Source: Candidatus Latescibacterota bacterium (GTDB taxonomy: Bacteria > Latescibacterota > UBA2968 > UBA8231). Taken from it: a stretch of 64,000 bases of DNA. The number at the start of each line of letters is the position of its first letter. The stretch's first letter is position 1. This document shows, piece by piece, positions 1 through 10,075 of the stretch. The translations under genes were made by a program, and so were the position numbers. The stretch lies in contig CBDETK010000013.1 in assembly GCA_965242865.1 (NCBI GenBank), positions 1,248,001 to 1,312,000 on the forward strand, given 5' to 3'. The notes beneath the pieces are model-generated. The model was not told the DNA's origin and did not search any database. It worked only from the letters and a program-made list of their open reading frames with translations.

Positions 1-1
1 C

Positions 2-118
2 GACCAGCTCCGCGTCCGCGTCCAAGTGCAGGTGCGGAACCTGCAAGTCCTAGAACGAGATGCGGAAGGCCTGCCGGCGGAAGACGCGCAGGAAGAGACC
101 GCCCTCCGGGCGGCTTGA
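2..118 (+). CDS. 3' end of a CDS running in from the left edge, possibly SSB-like
   Basis: Open frame DQLRVRVQVQVRNLQVLERDAEGLPAEDAQEETALRAA* with an acidic tail, convergent with the thiolase. Product is a guess. Confidence 0.3.
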   Translation, partial: DQLRVRVQVQVRNLQVLERDAEGLPAEDAQEETALRAA

Positions 119-194
119 GCAAGGAGCAAGGAATGTGCGCGGGCCGGCGGGTGCAGTCGGCGGATGAACGAGACGCGCCGCGCCCAGCCCGCGC

Positions 195-1376
195 CTATTC
201 CACTCGCTCAAAGAGCGCGGCAATGCCCATGCCCCCGCCAATGCACAGCGCGGCGATTCCCAGTCGGACGCCGGGCTGCTGCAGCTGGTGCAAAAGCGTG
301 GTGGCAATGCGCGCCCCGCTGGCGCCGACGGCGTGGCCGATGGCAATGGCCCCGCCTTGGACGTTGACCTTATCCCAGTCCCAACCCAACGCCCGGCCCA
401 CAGCCAAGCTCTGGGCGGCAAAGGCTTCGTTGAGTTCGATTCGGTCGATGGCTTCGAGCCGGGTCTCGGTTTGGGCCAACAGCTTGCGGATCGCCGGGGC
501 TGGGCCGATGCCCATGATGCGGGGATCAACGCCCGCGCTGGCCGTTCCCCGCAGATAGGCCAGCGGCGTCAGCCCGCGTGCTTTGGCCCCCTCGGCGGTC
601 ATCAACAGCAGCGCGGCCGCCCCATCGTTGATGCCCGAGGCATTGCCCGCGGTCACGGTGCCCTCTTTGGCAAACGCTGGTTTGAGCTGACTTAGCTGCT
701 CGACAGTGGTCCCGGGGCGCGGATGCTCATCTATTGCAAAGAAGGCCTCCGCGCCTTTTTGCACGCTGGGTATGGGCACGATCTGGCTGGCAAACGCCTC
801 CTGCGCTTGGGCGCAGGCCCACCGCTGTTGGCTCCGCGCGGCGAATTGGTCCTGCTCGGCGCGGGTAATTCCATATTCTGCGGCCAAGTTCTCGGCCGTA
901 ATCCCCATGTGGCAGTCGTAAAAACAATCCCACAACCCGTCGAGCAGCAGCAGGTCTTCAACCGCGCCGTGCCCCAGCCGCTGCCCCCACCGCGCCCCGG
1001 GCAGGATATACGGTGCTTGGCTCATGTTTTCCATGCCCCCGGCCAGCACGACCTCGGCCTCGCCGGTCCGCAGGCTTTGGGCGGCCAGCCCGATGGCCTT
1101 CAGCCCCGACCCGCAGAGCTTGTTGACCGTCGTGGCTGGCACCTCGTATGGCAGCCCGGCCGCAATGGCCGCTTGGCGCGCCGGATTGGCCCCGGCTCCG
1201 CCCTGATACACCATGCCCATCAGCACTTCATCCACTTCGCGCCCTTCCACTTGGCACTCCGCCAAAGCCGCGGCGAGCACTTTGCCGCCGAGCTCGACCG
1301 CGGTCACGTCTTGCAATGCACCGCCAAAGCGGCCCGTGGCCGTGCGCCGAGCGCTGACTACCACTGGATCTGCCAT
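195..1376 (-). CDS. atoB: Acetyl-CoA C-acetyltransferase (thiolase)
   Basis: Thiolase motifs NKLCGSG (active Cys), NEAFA, GGAIAIGH and CIGGGMG; 393 aa. Confidence 0.93.
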   Translation of the reverse strand: MADPVVVSARRTATGRFGGALQDVTAVELGGKVLAAALAECQVEGREVDEVLMGMVYQGGAGANPARQAAIAAGLPYEVPATTVNKLCGSGLKAIGLAAQSLRTGEAEVVLAGGMENMSQAPYILPGARWGQRLGHGAVEDLLLLDGLWDCFYDCHMGITAENLAAEYGITRAEQDQFAARSQQRWACAQAQEAFASQIVPIPSVQKGAEAFFAIDEHPRPGTTVEQLSQLKPAFAKEGTVTAGNASGINDGAAALLLMTAEGAKARGLTPLAYLRGTASAGVDPRIMGIGPAPAIRKLLAQTETRLEAIDRIELNEAFAAQSLAVGRALGWDWDKVNVQGGAIAIGHAVGASGARIATTLLHQLQQPGVRLGIAALCIGGGMGIAALFERVE

Positions 1377-1405
1377 GTTCCACCTTTCGCTTATGCGCGA
1401 CCGCG

Positions 1406-1434
1406 TTGACGCGGTGCGGCCGCGAACTTAACTT
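1406..1434 (+). promoter_or_regulatory. sigma70-type promoter of tRNA-Ala
   Basis: TTGACG-17 bp-TAACTT, ending 16 nt upstream of the tRNA. Confidence 0.55.
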
Positions 1435-1450
1435 TTTGCTCAACTGGTAT

Positions 1451-1526
1451 GGGGCTGTAGCTCAGTTGGGAGAGCGCGGGCTTTGCAAGCCTGAGGTCGT
1501 CGGTTCGATCCCGATCAGCTCCACCA
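1451..1526 (+). tRNA. tRNA-Ala (anticodon TGC)
   Basis: GGGGCTG acceptor stem with G3-U70 pair, D loop AGTTGGGA, anticodon arm CGGGC-TT-TGC-AA-GCCTG, T loop GGTTCGATCC and encoded CCA; 76 nt. Confidence 0.97.
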
Positions 1527-1674
1527 AATTCTTCCCTCCCTCGCTCCATGCTCTTACCTCAAAAAATAAACCAAACCTCGCTCAACCTAAAGGCGAGAGC
1601 TTGCCCCGCTCCCCAAGACGCCATGTCGCCCCATCCAAGTGGTCGCTTTTCTAACCACGCGACCTATGATATAA

Positions 1675-3723
1675 ATGAAGTGCTCCGCATTTGATCGGAT
1701 CGCCCGGTTCGGCTTTATCCTGCTCATCGTCGTCCTCGCCGGGCTGGGCACCGCCCACATCCTCGTCCGCACGGCCACCTACGGCACCGCGTTCGGCACG
1801 GACTCCGCACTTTTCCTGTCCACGGCCCTGAACTTCCTCGCCGGCGAGGGCTGGCGGGATTTCGGAGGGGCCCCGCTGGTGGGCTGGCCGCCGTTGTTCC
1901 CCCTGCTGCTGGCGGCCTTCGGTTGGGTTGGCATCGAGCCGCTGGAGGCAGGGCGGTGGATCAACGCCGCGGCCTTTGGGCTGACCATCTTGGTAGCCGG
2001 CCTCTATCTGCGCTCCCAGCTCCGGTTGCAGGGGCTGGCGCTGGCCGCCAGCGTGGTCATCGCGGCCTCCGTTCCCCTGAGCTATTTCGCGGCAGGCTTC
2101 TTGACCGATCCCCTCTTCGTCTTGTTTACGCTCCTCGCCTTGATCCAGTTGGCGGCCTTCCTCCAGCGCGGTGGGTGGACGCCCCTGCTGTGGGGCGCGG
2201 TGTTTACCGCCTTAGCCGCGCTGACCCGCTATCCGGGCGTGGTGCTGATCAGCACCGGCGTCCTCCTGCTTGCTCCCCTCGCCCGGCTAAGGCACACCCT
2301 CGCCTTTGGCGCGTGCTCGTCCCTGCCCTTGTTGCCGGTATTGGCGCACAATTGGACGGTCTCCGGGTCCCTCGCAGGGGTGCGAAAAGGCTCGGCTCAA
2401 CCCCTATCCGAGGGGCTGAGCCAGACAGCCAATATATTCTGGAAATGGGCCATTCCCCCGCACAGGCCGGACGAACTAGTCGATTATCTCCTGTGGAGGG
2501 TGACCGGGCTGGGTGCGCCGGACTGGTTCGGTTCTCTCCTATGGACGACGACCGGGCTGGTTGTTGCGGCGGCGGTGGCGGTTGTCGTGCTATCTGGGCG
2601 CGGCTTAGGCATGGGCGAAAATCGGACCGCGCCGGCGTATTTCGGCCTAGCACCGGCTCTACTTTTCGGGGGGTTCGCCAGCGTTTACCTCGCATGCATG
2701 GTAGTAGTCTTTCCAATAATGCTCCCGGTGGCAATCTACGACCGCTACCTGCTGCCGGTGTATGTGCCGTTGCTGTTAGCGGCCGTGTTGCTGCTCGATC
2801 GGTTCCTGTCCATTGAGGTTGCGGGCCGGGTGGCCGTGGCTAAGTGGGGTCTGGCATCCCTCGTCTTGCTGGGGACCCTCGCCCACATCGGCTTCTCGGC
2901 GCAGAGAAATCTCCATCTTACCACCCAAGCGTATGTATCCGGGTTCCCAGAGGATGGGGCTTACAACGTCGCCTATTGGCGACATCACGCGACCCTGAAT
3001 TACGTTAAGGCCCACCTCCGCGATGGCAGGATTTACAGCAACAACCCATTCGTTGTCTATTTTGCCGCTCGGACCGCCGCCTTCGGCCAACCGCCGAATT
3101 TGCCGAGTGAGCTACGCAATTGGACGCAGGATGCGAGGTGGTGGGTCGAAGGCGGCGAAGACGAAGTGTATATCGTCTGGATCAAAGGCGACTATCGGGC
3201 TCAGTATCACGACTACAACCACTTTGACATTCGCTTCCTGCCCGGCGTAGAGGTGGTGGCCGACTTGTCCGACGGCGTGGTCTTCCGCGTAACGGCGGTC
3301 AAACCGTTCGATGAAGACAGGGTTCGCGCCGAGAAAAAACGCTACCAAGAACGCTACGTGGAGCAACTCCTCGCACAGGCCGGCGAGCGGGTGGTTCGCG
3401 CCGACTGGGACGTGTACCGCAAGGGACACAAGCTGACCTACTTCAAAAAGCCGTGTGCCCCGGCCGACGTGCAGGCCAAGTTCATTTTGCACATCTACCC
3501 CGCCGACCCGGGCGTCCTTTCCATCGCCCGCAGGCGGCACGGCTTTGACAACCTCGGCTTCCATTTCGACCAACTCAGCGCACTACACGCCATGCAGGTC
3601 GCCGACCAGTGTATCGCGATCGTCGAGCTGCCCGACTACGCCATCGACCGCATCCGGGTCGGCCAATGGATTGCCAACGAGAACCGCACCCGCTGGGATG
3701 CGGAGTTTCCGGCGAGCCGGTGA
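1675..3723 (+). CDS. GT-C fold (ArnT/PMT-like) membrane glycosyltransferase, paralog 1
   Basis: Many TM segments; DS motif after TM1, WPPLFP, TDPLF, TRYPG and DRYLLP; extracytoplasmic domain plus a C-terminal beta domain with two Cys. Confidence 0.8.
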   Translation: MKCSAFDRIARFGFILLIVVLAGLGTAHILVRTATYGTAFGTDSALFLSTALNFLAGEGWRDFGGAPLVGWPPLFPLLLAAFGWVGIEPLEAGRWINAAAFGLTILVAGLYLRSQLRLQGLALAASVVIAASVPLSYFAAGFLTDPLFVLFTLLALIQLAAFLQRGGWTPLLWGAVFTALAALTRYPGVVLISTGVLLLAPLARLRHTLAFGACSSLPLLPVLAHNWTVSGSLAGVRKGSAQPLSEGLSQTANIFWKWAIPPHRPDELVDYLLWRVTGLGAPDWFGSLLWTTTGLVVAAAVAVVVLSGRGLGMGENRTAPAYFGLAPALLFGGFASVYLACMVVVFPIMLPVAIYDRYLLPVYVPLLLAAVLLLDRFLSIEVAGRVAVAKWGLASLVLLGTLAHIGFSAQRNLHLTTQAYVSGFPEDGAYNVAYWRHHATLNYVKAHLRDGRIYSNNPFVVYFAARTAAFGQPPNLPSELRNWTQDARWWVEGGEDEVYIVWIKGDYRAQYHDYNHFDIRFLPGVEVVADLSDGVVFRVTAVKPFDEDRVRAEKKRYQERYVEQLLAQAGERVVRADWDVYRKGHKLTYFKKPCAPADVQAKFILHIYPADPGVLSIARRRHGFDNLGFHFDQLSALHAMQVADQCIAIVELPDYAIDRIRVGQWIANENRTRWDAEFPASR

Positions 3724-3826
3724 TACCGGACGCCGCGTCGCCCGGTGCATTCCGAGCCGCTGGATAACCGCATAGAGGGCAGAAGATCGCCCTAACTTGC
3801 GGGGCATCTATGAGGGAGAGAATTTG

Positions 3827-6148
3827 ATGAAGTGCTCTGCATTTGAGCGGCTCGCCCGGTTGGGGCGCGACCCCTTCGCGCTGCTCATCGCCATCCTCGC
3901 CGGGCTGGGCACCGTCCACATCCTCGTCCGCACCGCCACCTACGGCGCCGCGGTCACCTACGACTCCTCATTTCTTCTGTCCACGGCCATAAACTGCCTC
4001 GCCGGCGAGGGTTGGCGGAACTTCACGGGCTACCCGCTGGTAGGATGGGCGCCCTTGTTTCCCCTGCTGCTGGCGGCCTTGGGTTGGCTTGGCATTGAGC
4101 CGTTTGAGGCGGGTCGGCTGCTCAACGCCACCGCCTTCGGGCTGACCATCTTCGCCGCGGGCGACTATCTGCGCTCGCATCTCCGGTCGCGGGGGCTGGT
4201 GCTGGCCGCGACCGCGACCATCGCGGTTTCCCTGCCCTTGAGCGATCTCGCGTCCCACTTCTTGACCGATTCCCTCTTCGTCCTGTGGACGCTCCTCGCC
4301 TTGATCCAATTGGCGTCCTTCCTCCAGCGCGGCGAGCGGACGCCCCTGCTGTTAGGCGCGGTTTTCGCTACGCTGGCCGCGCTGACCCGCTACCCGGGCG
4401 TGGTCCTGATCGGCGCCGGCGTCTTGTTGCTGCTGGTGCGACGCCCCCTGCCGCTGGCCGCCCGGTTGAAAGACGCCATCGTATTTGGGGCCGTCTCATC
4501 CTTGCCCCTCGCCGGGGTGCTGACGCGCAACTGGGCGGTCTCTGGAACCCTGACCGGGTATAGGAAAGGGGCGGGGCGGTCCCTGTTCGATGGGCTGGGC
4601 CAAGTGGCCGAGGTGTTCCGGGCGTGGGTGATTCCCCCGAATGCGCCGGACGGGGTTGGTGCTCTCCTGTGGATAGCGGCCGGGCTGGTGGTGGCAGCGG
4701 GGGCGGTCGTCGTGGTATCCGGTCGCGGCTTCGGCCTGAGCAAGCAGGACCGCGGCGCGCTCTTGGGGTTCCCATTCGCGGTGTTCACCGTAGCCTACCT
4801 CCTGTTCATAGTCGCCATCGTGCCGCTGGTGATCCACTCTCAGATCCCCGCCCGCTACCTGCTGCCGGTGTATGTGCCGCTGCTGTTGGCCGCGGCGTTG
4901 CTGCTCGACCGGTTCCTGTCCATTGAGGCGGCGAGCTGGATGGCAGCCGCCAAGTGGGGGCTGGCGTCCCTCGTCCTGCTGGGCACCCTCGCCCACGTCG
5001 GCTTCTCGGCGCACAGGAACCTGACTATTACCGCCGAAGCACGAGTAGCCGGGTTTGAACGCTGGACGTTCAATGGCTCCTACTGGGCATCTTCCGAGAC
5101 CCTGCAGTACGTCAGAACCAACCTTCGCGCTGGGACGATTTACAGCAACGGCCCCACCTTGGTGTGGTTTTGGGATCGGACCGCGGCCCCGGGAAAGCAC
5201 CAAAAAATCCCGGACGGGCTTCACCATTTGACGTCGGCCCTACTGGCGTGGAGCACTGACGGCAGCCCATATATCGCATGGATTCGGAGTGAAGAGTCTT
5301 TTTACGCCTACGACGACTTCGACCTCCGCTGCCTGCCCGGGGTGGAACCCGTGGCCGAACTGGCCGACGGGGTTGTATTCCGCGTAACGGCGACCGAACC
5401 GTTCGATGCGGACCGGCATCTCGCCCGCAAACAACGCTACGTGCAGCAACTCATCGAACAGGCCGGCGAGCAGGTGGGCCGCTCCGACTGGGACGTGTAC
5501 CGCAAGGGACGCACGCTGACCTACCACAAAAAGCCGTGTGCCCCCGCCGATGTGCAGGCGTATTTCGTGTTGCAAATCATCCCCGACGACCCAGCCGACC
5601 TGCCAGCCGACCGCCAGCCATACGGATCGGACTGGCTCGCCTTCGATTTCCACAGACGCGGCGGCATCCGGCTCGACGACCAGTGTGTGGTGAGCACCCA
5701 ACTCCCCGACTACGCCACCCGCCACATCCAAGTCGGCCAGTGGCAGGCCAGCGACAACCGCATGCTCTGGCAAATGAAGGCCGAGGGCACGATGGAGCAA
5801 CTCATCGAGCAGGCCAGCGAGCGAGTGGTCCGCGCCGGCTGGAGCGTGTACCGCAGGGAACGCGAGCTGATTTACCGCAAGCAGCCGTGTACCGCGGCCG
5901 ATGTGCAGGCGAAGTTCGTTTTGCACATCGTCCCGGCCGACCCGGCCGACCTGCCAGCCCACCGCAAACAGTACGATTCTGAGAATCTCGACTTCTATTT
6001 CGACCAGTTCGGCCTCCGGCTCGACGACCAATGTACGGTGCTCGCCCCGCTCCCCTCCTACCCCATCCGCACCATCTATATCGGCCAGTGGATTGCCGCC
6101 GAGAACCGCACCCTCTGGGAAGCGGAGTTGTCCGGGGCCGGAGATTGA
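3827..6148 (+). CDS. GT-C glycosyltransferase paralog 2, with tandemly duplicated C-terminal domain
   Basis: ATG after GAGGGAG; same motifs as paralog 1; two copies of the WxVYR...PC...QAxF.L...C...GQW domain. Confidence 0.8.
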   Translation: MKCSAFERLARLGRDPFALLIAILAGLGTVHILVRTATYGAAVTYDSSFLLSTAINCLAGEGWRNFTGYPLVGWAPLFPLLLAALGWLGIEPFEAGRLLNATAFGLTIFAAGDYLRSHLRSRGLVLAATATIAVSLPLSDLASHFLTDSLFVLWTLLALIQLASFLQRGERTPLLLGAVFATLAALTRYPGVVLIGAGVLLLLVRRPLPLAARLKDAIVFGAVSSLPLAGVLTRNWAVSGTLTGYRKGAGRSLFDGLGQVAEVFRAWVIPPNAPDGVGALLWIAAGLVVAAGAVVVVSGRGFGLSKQDRGALLGFPFAVFTVAYLLFIVAIVPLVIHSQIPARYLLPVYVPLLLAAALLLDRFLSIEAASWMAAAKWGLASLVLLGTLAHVGFSAHRNLTITAEARVAGFERWTFNGSYWASSETLQYVRTNLRAGTIYSNGPTLVWFWDRTAAPGKHQKIPDGLHHLTSALLAWSTDGSPYIAWIRSEESFYAYDDFDLRCLPGVEPVAELADGVVFRVTATEPFDADRHLARKQRYVQQLIEQAGEQVGRSDWDVYRKGRTLTYHKKPCAPADVQAYFVLQIIPDDPADLPADRQPYGSDWLAFDFHRRGGIRLDDQCVVSTQLPDYATRHIQVGQWQASDNRMLWQMKAEGTMEQLIEQASERVVRAGWSVYRRERELIYRKQPCTAADVQAKFVLHIVPADPADLPAHRKQYDSENLDFYFDQFGLRLDDQCTVLAPLPSYPIRTIYIGQWIAAENRTLWEAELSGAGD

Positions 6149-8067
6149 AACGGCTCATCGCCATCCTCGCCGGGCTGGGCACCGTCCACATCCTCGCCCG
6201 CACCGCCACCTACGGTGCCGCGGTCAACGCAGACACCACACTTCACCTCTCTACGGCCCTGAATTTCCTCGCCGGAGAGGGCTGGCAGGATTTCACGGGC
6301 GTACAGGCGGTGGAGTGGCCGCCCGGGTTCACCCTGCTGCTGGCGTTTGGCGGGCTTTTGGGCATTGAGCCGTGGGCGGCGGGTCGGCTGCTTAACGCCG
6401 CGGCCTTCGGGCTGACCATCCACGCCGCGGGCAACTATCTGCACTCGAATCTCCGGTCGCGGGGGCTGGCACTGGCCGCGTCCATGGCCATCGCGGCGTC
6501 CCTGCCGCTCACCTATTTCGCGTCCTACTGCATCACCGAGCCGCTCTTCGTCCTGTTCGCGCTCCTCGCCTTGATCCAACTGGCGACTTTCCTCCAGCGC
6601 GGCGAGCGGAGGCCCCTGCTATGGGCGGCGGTTTTCACTGCGCTGACCGCGCTGACCCGCTACCCGGGCGTGGTCCTGATCGGCACCGGCGTCCTCCTGC
6701 TGGTGCGACGCCCCCTGCCGCTGGCCGCCCGGCTGAAAGACGCCGTTGTATTTGGGGCCATCTCATCCTTGCCCCTCGCCGGTGTGCTGACGCACAACTG
6801 GGCGGTCTCCGGGACCTTGACCGGACGAAGAGATGGCTCGGGTCAGTCCCTAGCCGAGGGGTTGAGCCAAGTGGCCGAGGCATTCCGCGAGTGGGTCGTC
6901 CCCCCGAACGCGCCGGATGGGTTGGCGTATCTGCTGTGGCTGGCGGTCGGGTTAGTCGGGCTAGCCGGCGCGGTGGTCGTCCTGCGCCCCACCCGAAAGG
7001 GAGCGCCGCCGCCATCCTTTAGGTTGGAGCCGGCGCTCCCTTTCGGAGCGTTCGCCTTGATGTACCTCGTATTCATAATCGCCATCGTGCCCTTCACGGT
7101 GGGGTATGGCATCGACAGCCGCTACCTGCTGCCGGTGTACATGCCGCTGCTGTTGGTCGCGGTGTTCCTGCTCGATCGGTTCCTGTCCATCGAGACTACG
7201 GGCTGGATGGCTGCCGCCAAGTGGGGGCTGGCGTCCCTCGTCCTGCTAGGAGGCCTCGTCCACATCGGCTACTCGGCGCACGGGAACCTGACCATCACCG
7301 ACCAAGCCCGAGTAGCCGGGTTCGAGAACTGGACGTACAACGGGTCCTACTGGGAATCCTCCGAGACCCTGAAGTACATCCGAGATACCCGCATGGATGG
7401 CCGGATGTACAGCAACAACGCGTATCTTGCTTGGTTTGCAGACCGGACCGCGGCCCCGGGCAAGCACCAGCATCTCCCGGACGAGATTCACCGTTTGACG
7501 GCGGCCATACTGGAATGGAGCGCTGACGACAGCCCGTATATCGCATGGCTCCGGCGTGAAAAGTCTTTTTACGCCTACGACGAATTCGACCTCCGCTGCC
7601 TGCCCGGGGTGGAACCCGTGGCCGAACTGGACGATGGCGTCGTCTTCCGCGTAACGGCCGCCGAACCGTTCGATGCGGCAAGGCACCGCGCCCGCAAACA
7701 ACGCTACGTGCAGCAACTCGTCGAACAAGCCAGCGAGCGAGTAGGCCGCGCTGGCTGGGACGTGTACCGCACGGGACGCAAGCTGATTTACCGCAAACAG
7801 CCGTGCGCTTCCGCCGACGTGCAGGCCAAGCTCGTTTTGCACGTCATCCCCGTCGATCCGGCCGACTTGCCGACCGACCGCAAGCAGTACGGTTACGACA
7901 GCCTCGGCTTCTATTTCGACCAGCGCGAGAGCTTCTGGCTCGGCGACCAGTGCGTCGCGATCACCCAACTCCCCGCCTACCCCATCGGCCTCATCCGGGT
8001 CGGCCAGTGGATTTCTGTCGAGAACCGCACCCTCTGGGCAGCGGAGTTGTCCGGGGCCGAAGATTGA
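6145..8067 (+). CDS. GT-C glycosyltransferase paralog 3
   Basis: TTG start overlaps the upstream TGA (TTGA); DT variant of the DS motif, TEPLF, TRYPG and SRYLLP. Confidence 0.78.
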   Translation: MKRLIAILAGLGTVHILARTATYGAAVNADTTLHLSTALNFLAGEGWQDFTGVQAVEWPPGFTLLLAFGGLLGIEPWAAGRLLNAAAFGLTIHAAGNYLHSNLRSRGLALAASMAIAASLPLTYFASYCITEPLFVLFALLALIQLATFLQRGERRPLLWAAVFTALTALTRYPGVVLIGTGVLLLVRRPLPLAARLKDAVVFGAISSLPLAGVLTHNWAVSGTLTGRRDGSGQSLAEGLSQVAEAFREWVVPPNAPDGLAYLLWLAVGLVGLAGAVVVLRPTRKGAPPPSFRLEPALPFGAFALMYLVFIIAIVPFTVGYGIDSRYLLPVYMPLLLVAVFLLDRFLSIETTGWMAAAKWGLASLVLLGGLVHIGYSAHGNLTITDQARVAGFENWTYNGSYWESSETLKYIRDTRMDGRMYSNNAYLAWFADRTAAPGKHQHLPDEIHRLTAAILEWSADDSPYIAWLRREKSFYAYDEFDLRCLPGVEPVAELDDGVVFRVTAAEPFDAARHRARKQRYVQQLVEQASERVGRAGWDVYRTGRKLIYRKQPCASADVQAKLVLHVIPVDPADLPTDRKQYGYDSLGFYFDQRESFWLGDQCVAITQLPAYPIGLIRVGQWISVENRTLWAAELSGAED

Positions 8068-10049
8068 AACGACTCGTCGCCATCCTCGCCGGGCTGGGCA
8101 CCGTCCACATCCTCGTCCGCACCGCCACCTACGGCCCGGCCGTCGGCACGGACTCCGTAATTCTCCTGTCTGCGGTCATGAGCTTCCTCGCCGGCGAGGG
8201 TTGGCGGGTTTTCACGGGCGGCGCGCTGGTGGGATGGCCGCCCTTGTTCCCCCTGCTGTTGGCGGCTGGGGGTTGGACCGGCCTCGATCTGCTGGCGGCC
8301 GGTCGGTGGATCAACGCCATCGCCTTCGGGCTGACCATCTTCGTCGCGGGGAACTATCTGCGCACCAATCTCCGGTCGCGGGGGTTGGTTCTCGTCGCCA
8401 CCGGGGCCATCGCGGCGTCCCTGCCCTTGAGCGATTTAGCGTCCAGCCTCCTGACCGAGCCGCTCTTCGTCCTGTTCGCACTCCTCGCCTTGATCCAGTT
8501 GGCGGCCTTCCTCCAGCGCGGCGGGCGGACGCCCCTGCTGTGGGGCGCGGTCTGCACCTCCTTAGCCGCGCTGACCCGCTGGCCGGGCGTGGTCCTGATC
8601 GGCACCGGCGTCCTGCTGCTGTTGCTGCGACGCACCCCACCGCTGGCCGCCCGCTTAAAACACGCCATCGTATATGGCACCGTCTCGTTCTTGCCCCTCG
8701 CGGTGGTGCTGACGCGCAACTTTATTCTCTACAATACCTGGACCGGGCGAGACGGCGGGGCGGGACAGTCCCTGTCCGAGGGGCTGAACCAAGTGGTGGC
8801 TGTATTCCGAGAGTGGGCGATTCCCCAAGACGCGCTGGACGGGTTTGACTATCTCCTGTGGAGGGCGACCGGGCTGAGCGCACCGGATGGGTTCGGTACT
8901 CTCCTGTGGGCGACGATTGGGTTGGTTGGGGTAGCGGCGGTTGGGGTGCTCGCTGTGGGCGGCGGGGAAAGGTCGTTGTCTTTCGGGTTGGGGCCGGTGC
9001 TCCCATTCGGGGGGTTCGCCCTAGCGTACCTCCTATTCATCGTCGCCATCGTACCCCTCACGGTTTATCAGCCGATCGACAGCCGCTACCTGCTGCCGGT
9101 GTACATGCCGCTGCTGTTGGGCGCGGTGTTCCTGCTCGATCGGTTCCTGTCCATTGAGGCGGCGGGATGGGTGGCCGTGGCCAAGTGGGGGCTGGCGTCC
9201 CTCGTCTTGCTGGGGGGCCTCGCCCACCTCGGCTTCTCGACGCAGAAGAATCTCCGTCTTACCGCCGAAGCCTATGGCTCTGGGTATCTGGACAGGACGT
9301 ACAACACCGCCTACTGGCAACATTCCGCGACCCTGCAGTACCTCAGGAATAACCGCATGGAGGGCAAAATTTATAGCAACAACTCGTCCCTCGTCTGGTT
9401 TGCGAATAGGACCATCGTCTATAAAAAGTATTGCAGGCTTCCCTATGAACTACGCGATGGCGATTGGACGCGGGAGCTGAGACAATGGTTCGAAGCGGGC
9501 GAAGACGTCCATATCGTCTGGATCAAAAACAGCTTTCGATCTGTTTATTTTGACTACGACGACCTCGACCTCCGCTTGCTGCCCGGCGTGGAGACGGTGG
9601 CCGAGTCGCCCGATGGCGTGGTCTTCCGCGCAACAGCGGCGATAACCGAGCCATTCAATGCGGACCAGCATCGCGCCCGCAAGCAACGCTACTTAAGGCA
9701 ACTCGTCGAACAGGCCGGCGAGCCGGTGGTGCGCGCCCGTTATGACGTGTACCGCAACGGACGCGAGCTGATTTACTTCAAACAGCCCTGTACCCCCGCG
9801 GACACGCAGGCCAAGTTCATTTTGCACGTCACCCCGGCCACCCCAAGCGTCCTGCCCAGCGCCCGCAAGCGGTATGGCTTTGACAACCTCGGCTTCCATT
9901 TCGACCGGCGCGGCGTGCAGGTCGGCGACCTGTGTATGGCGACCGCCCAACTCCCCGCCTATCCCATCGGCCGCATCCGGGTCGGCCAGTGGAGTTCCAG
10001 CGACAACCGCACCCTCTGGGACGCGGAGTTTTCCGGGATCGGGGATTGA
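8064..10049 (+). CDS. GT-C glycosyltransferase paralog 4
   Basis: TTGA overlap start; TDS, WPPLFP, TEPLF, TRWPG and SRYLLP. Confidence 0.78.
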   Translation: MKRLVAILAGLGTVHILVRTATYGPAVGTDSVILLSAVMSFLAGEGWRVFTGGALVGWPPLFPLLLAAGGWTGLDLLAAGRWINAIAFGLTIFVAGNYLRTNLRSRGLVLVATGAIAASLPLSDLASSLLTEPLFVLFALLALIQLAAFLQRGGRTPLLWGAVCTSLAALTRWPGVVLIGTGVLLLLLRRTPPLAARLKHAIVYGTVSFLPLAVVLTRNFILYNTWTGRDGGAGQSLSEGLNQVVAVFREWAIPQDALDGFDYLLWRATGLSAPDGFGTLLWATIGLVGVAAVGVLAVGGGERSLSFGLGPVLPFGGFALAYLLFIVAIVPLTVYQPIDSRYLLPVYMPLLLGAVFLLDRFLSIEAAGWVAVAKWGLASLVLLGGLAHLGFSTQKNLRLTAEAYGSGYLDRTYNTAYWQHSATLQYLRNNRMEGKIYSNNSSLVWFANRTIVYKKYCRLPYELRDGDWTRELRQWFEAGEDVHIVWIKNSFRSVYFDYDDLDLRLLPGVETVAESPDGVVFRATAAITEPFNADQHRARKQRYLRQLVEQAGEPVVRARYDVYRNGRELIYFKQPCTPADTQAKFILHVTPATPSVLPSARKRYGFDNLGFHFDRRGVQVGDLCMATAQLPAYPIGRIRVGQWSSSDNRTLWDAEFSGIGD

Positions 10050-10075
10050 ATGTGTTTGCCGCCAAAGAAGGTTTT

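Noticed and set aside
1451-1526. tRNA-Ala as the attachment site of an integrated island
   Set aside because: I found no integrase and no duplicated tRNA 3' end in the window by eye; adjacency alone is insufficient.
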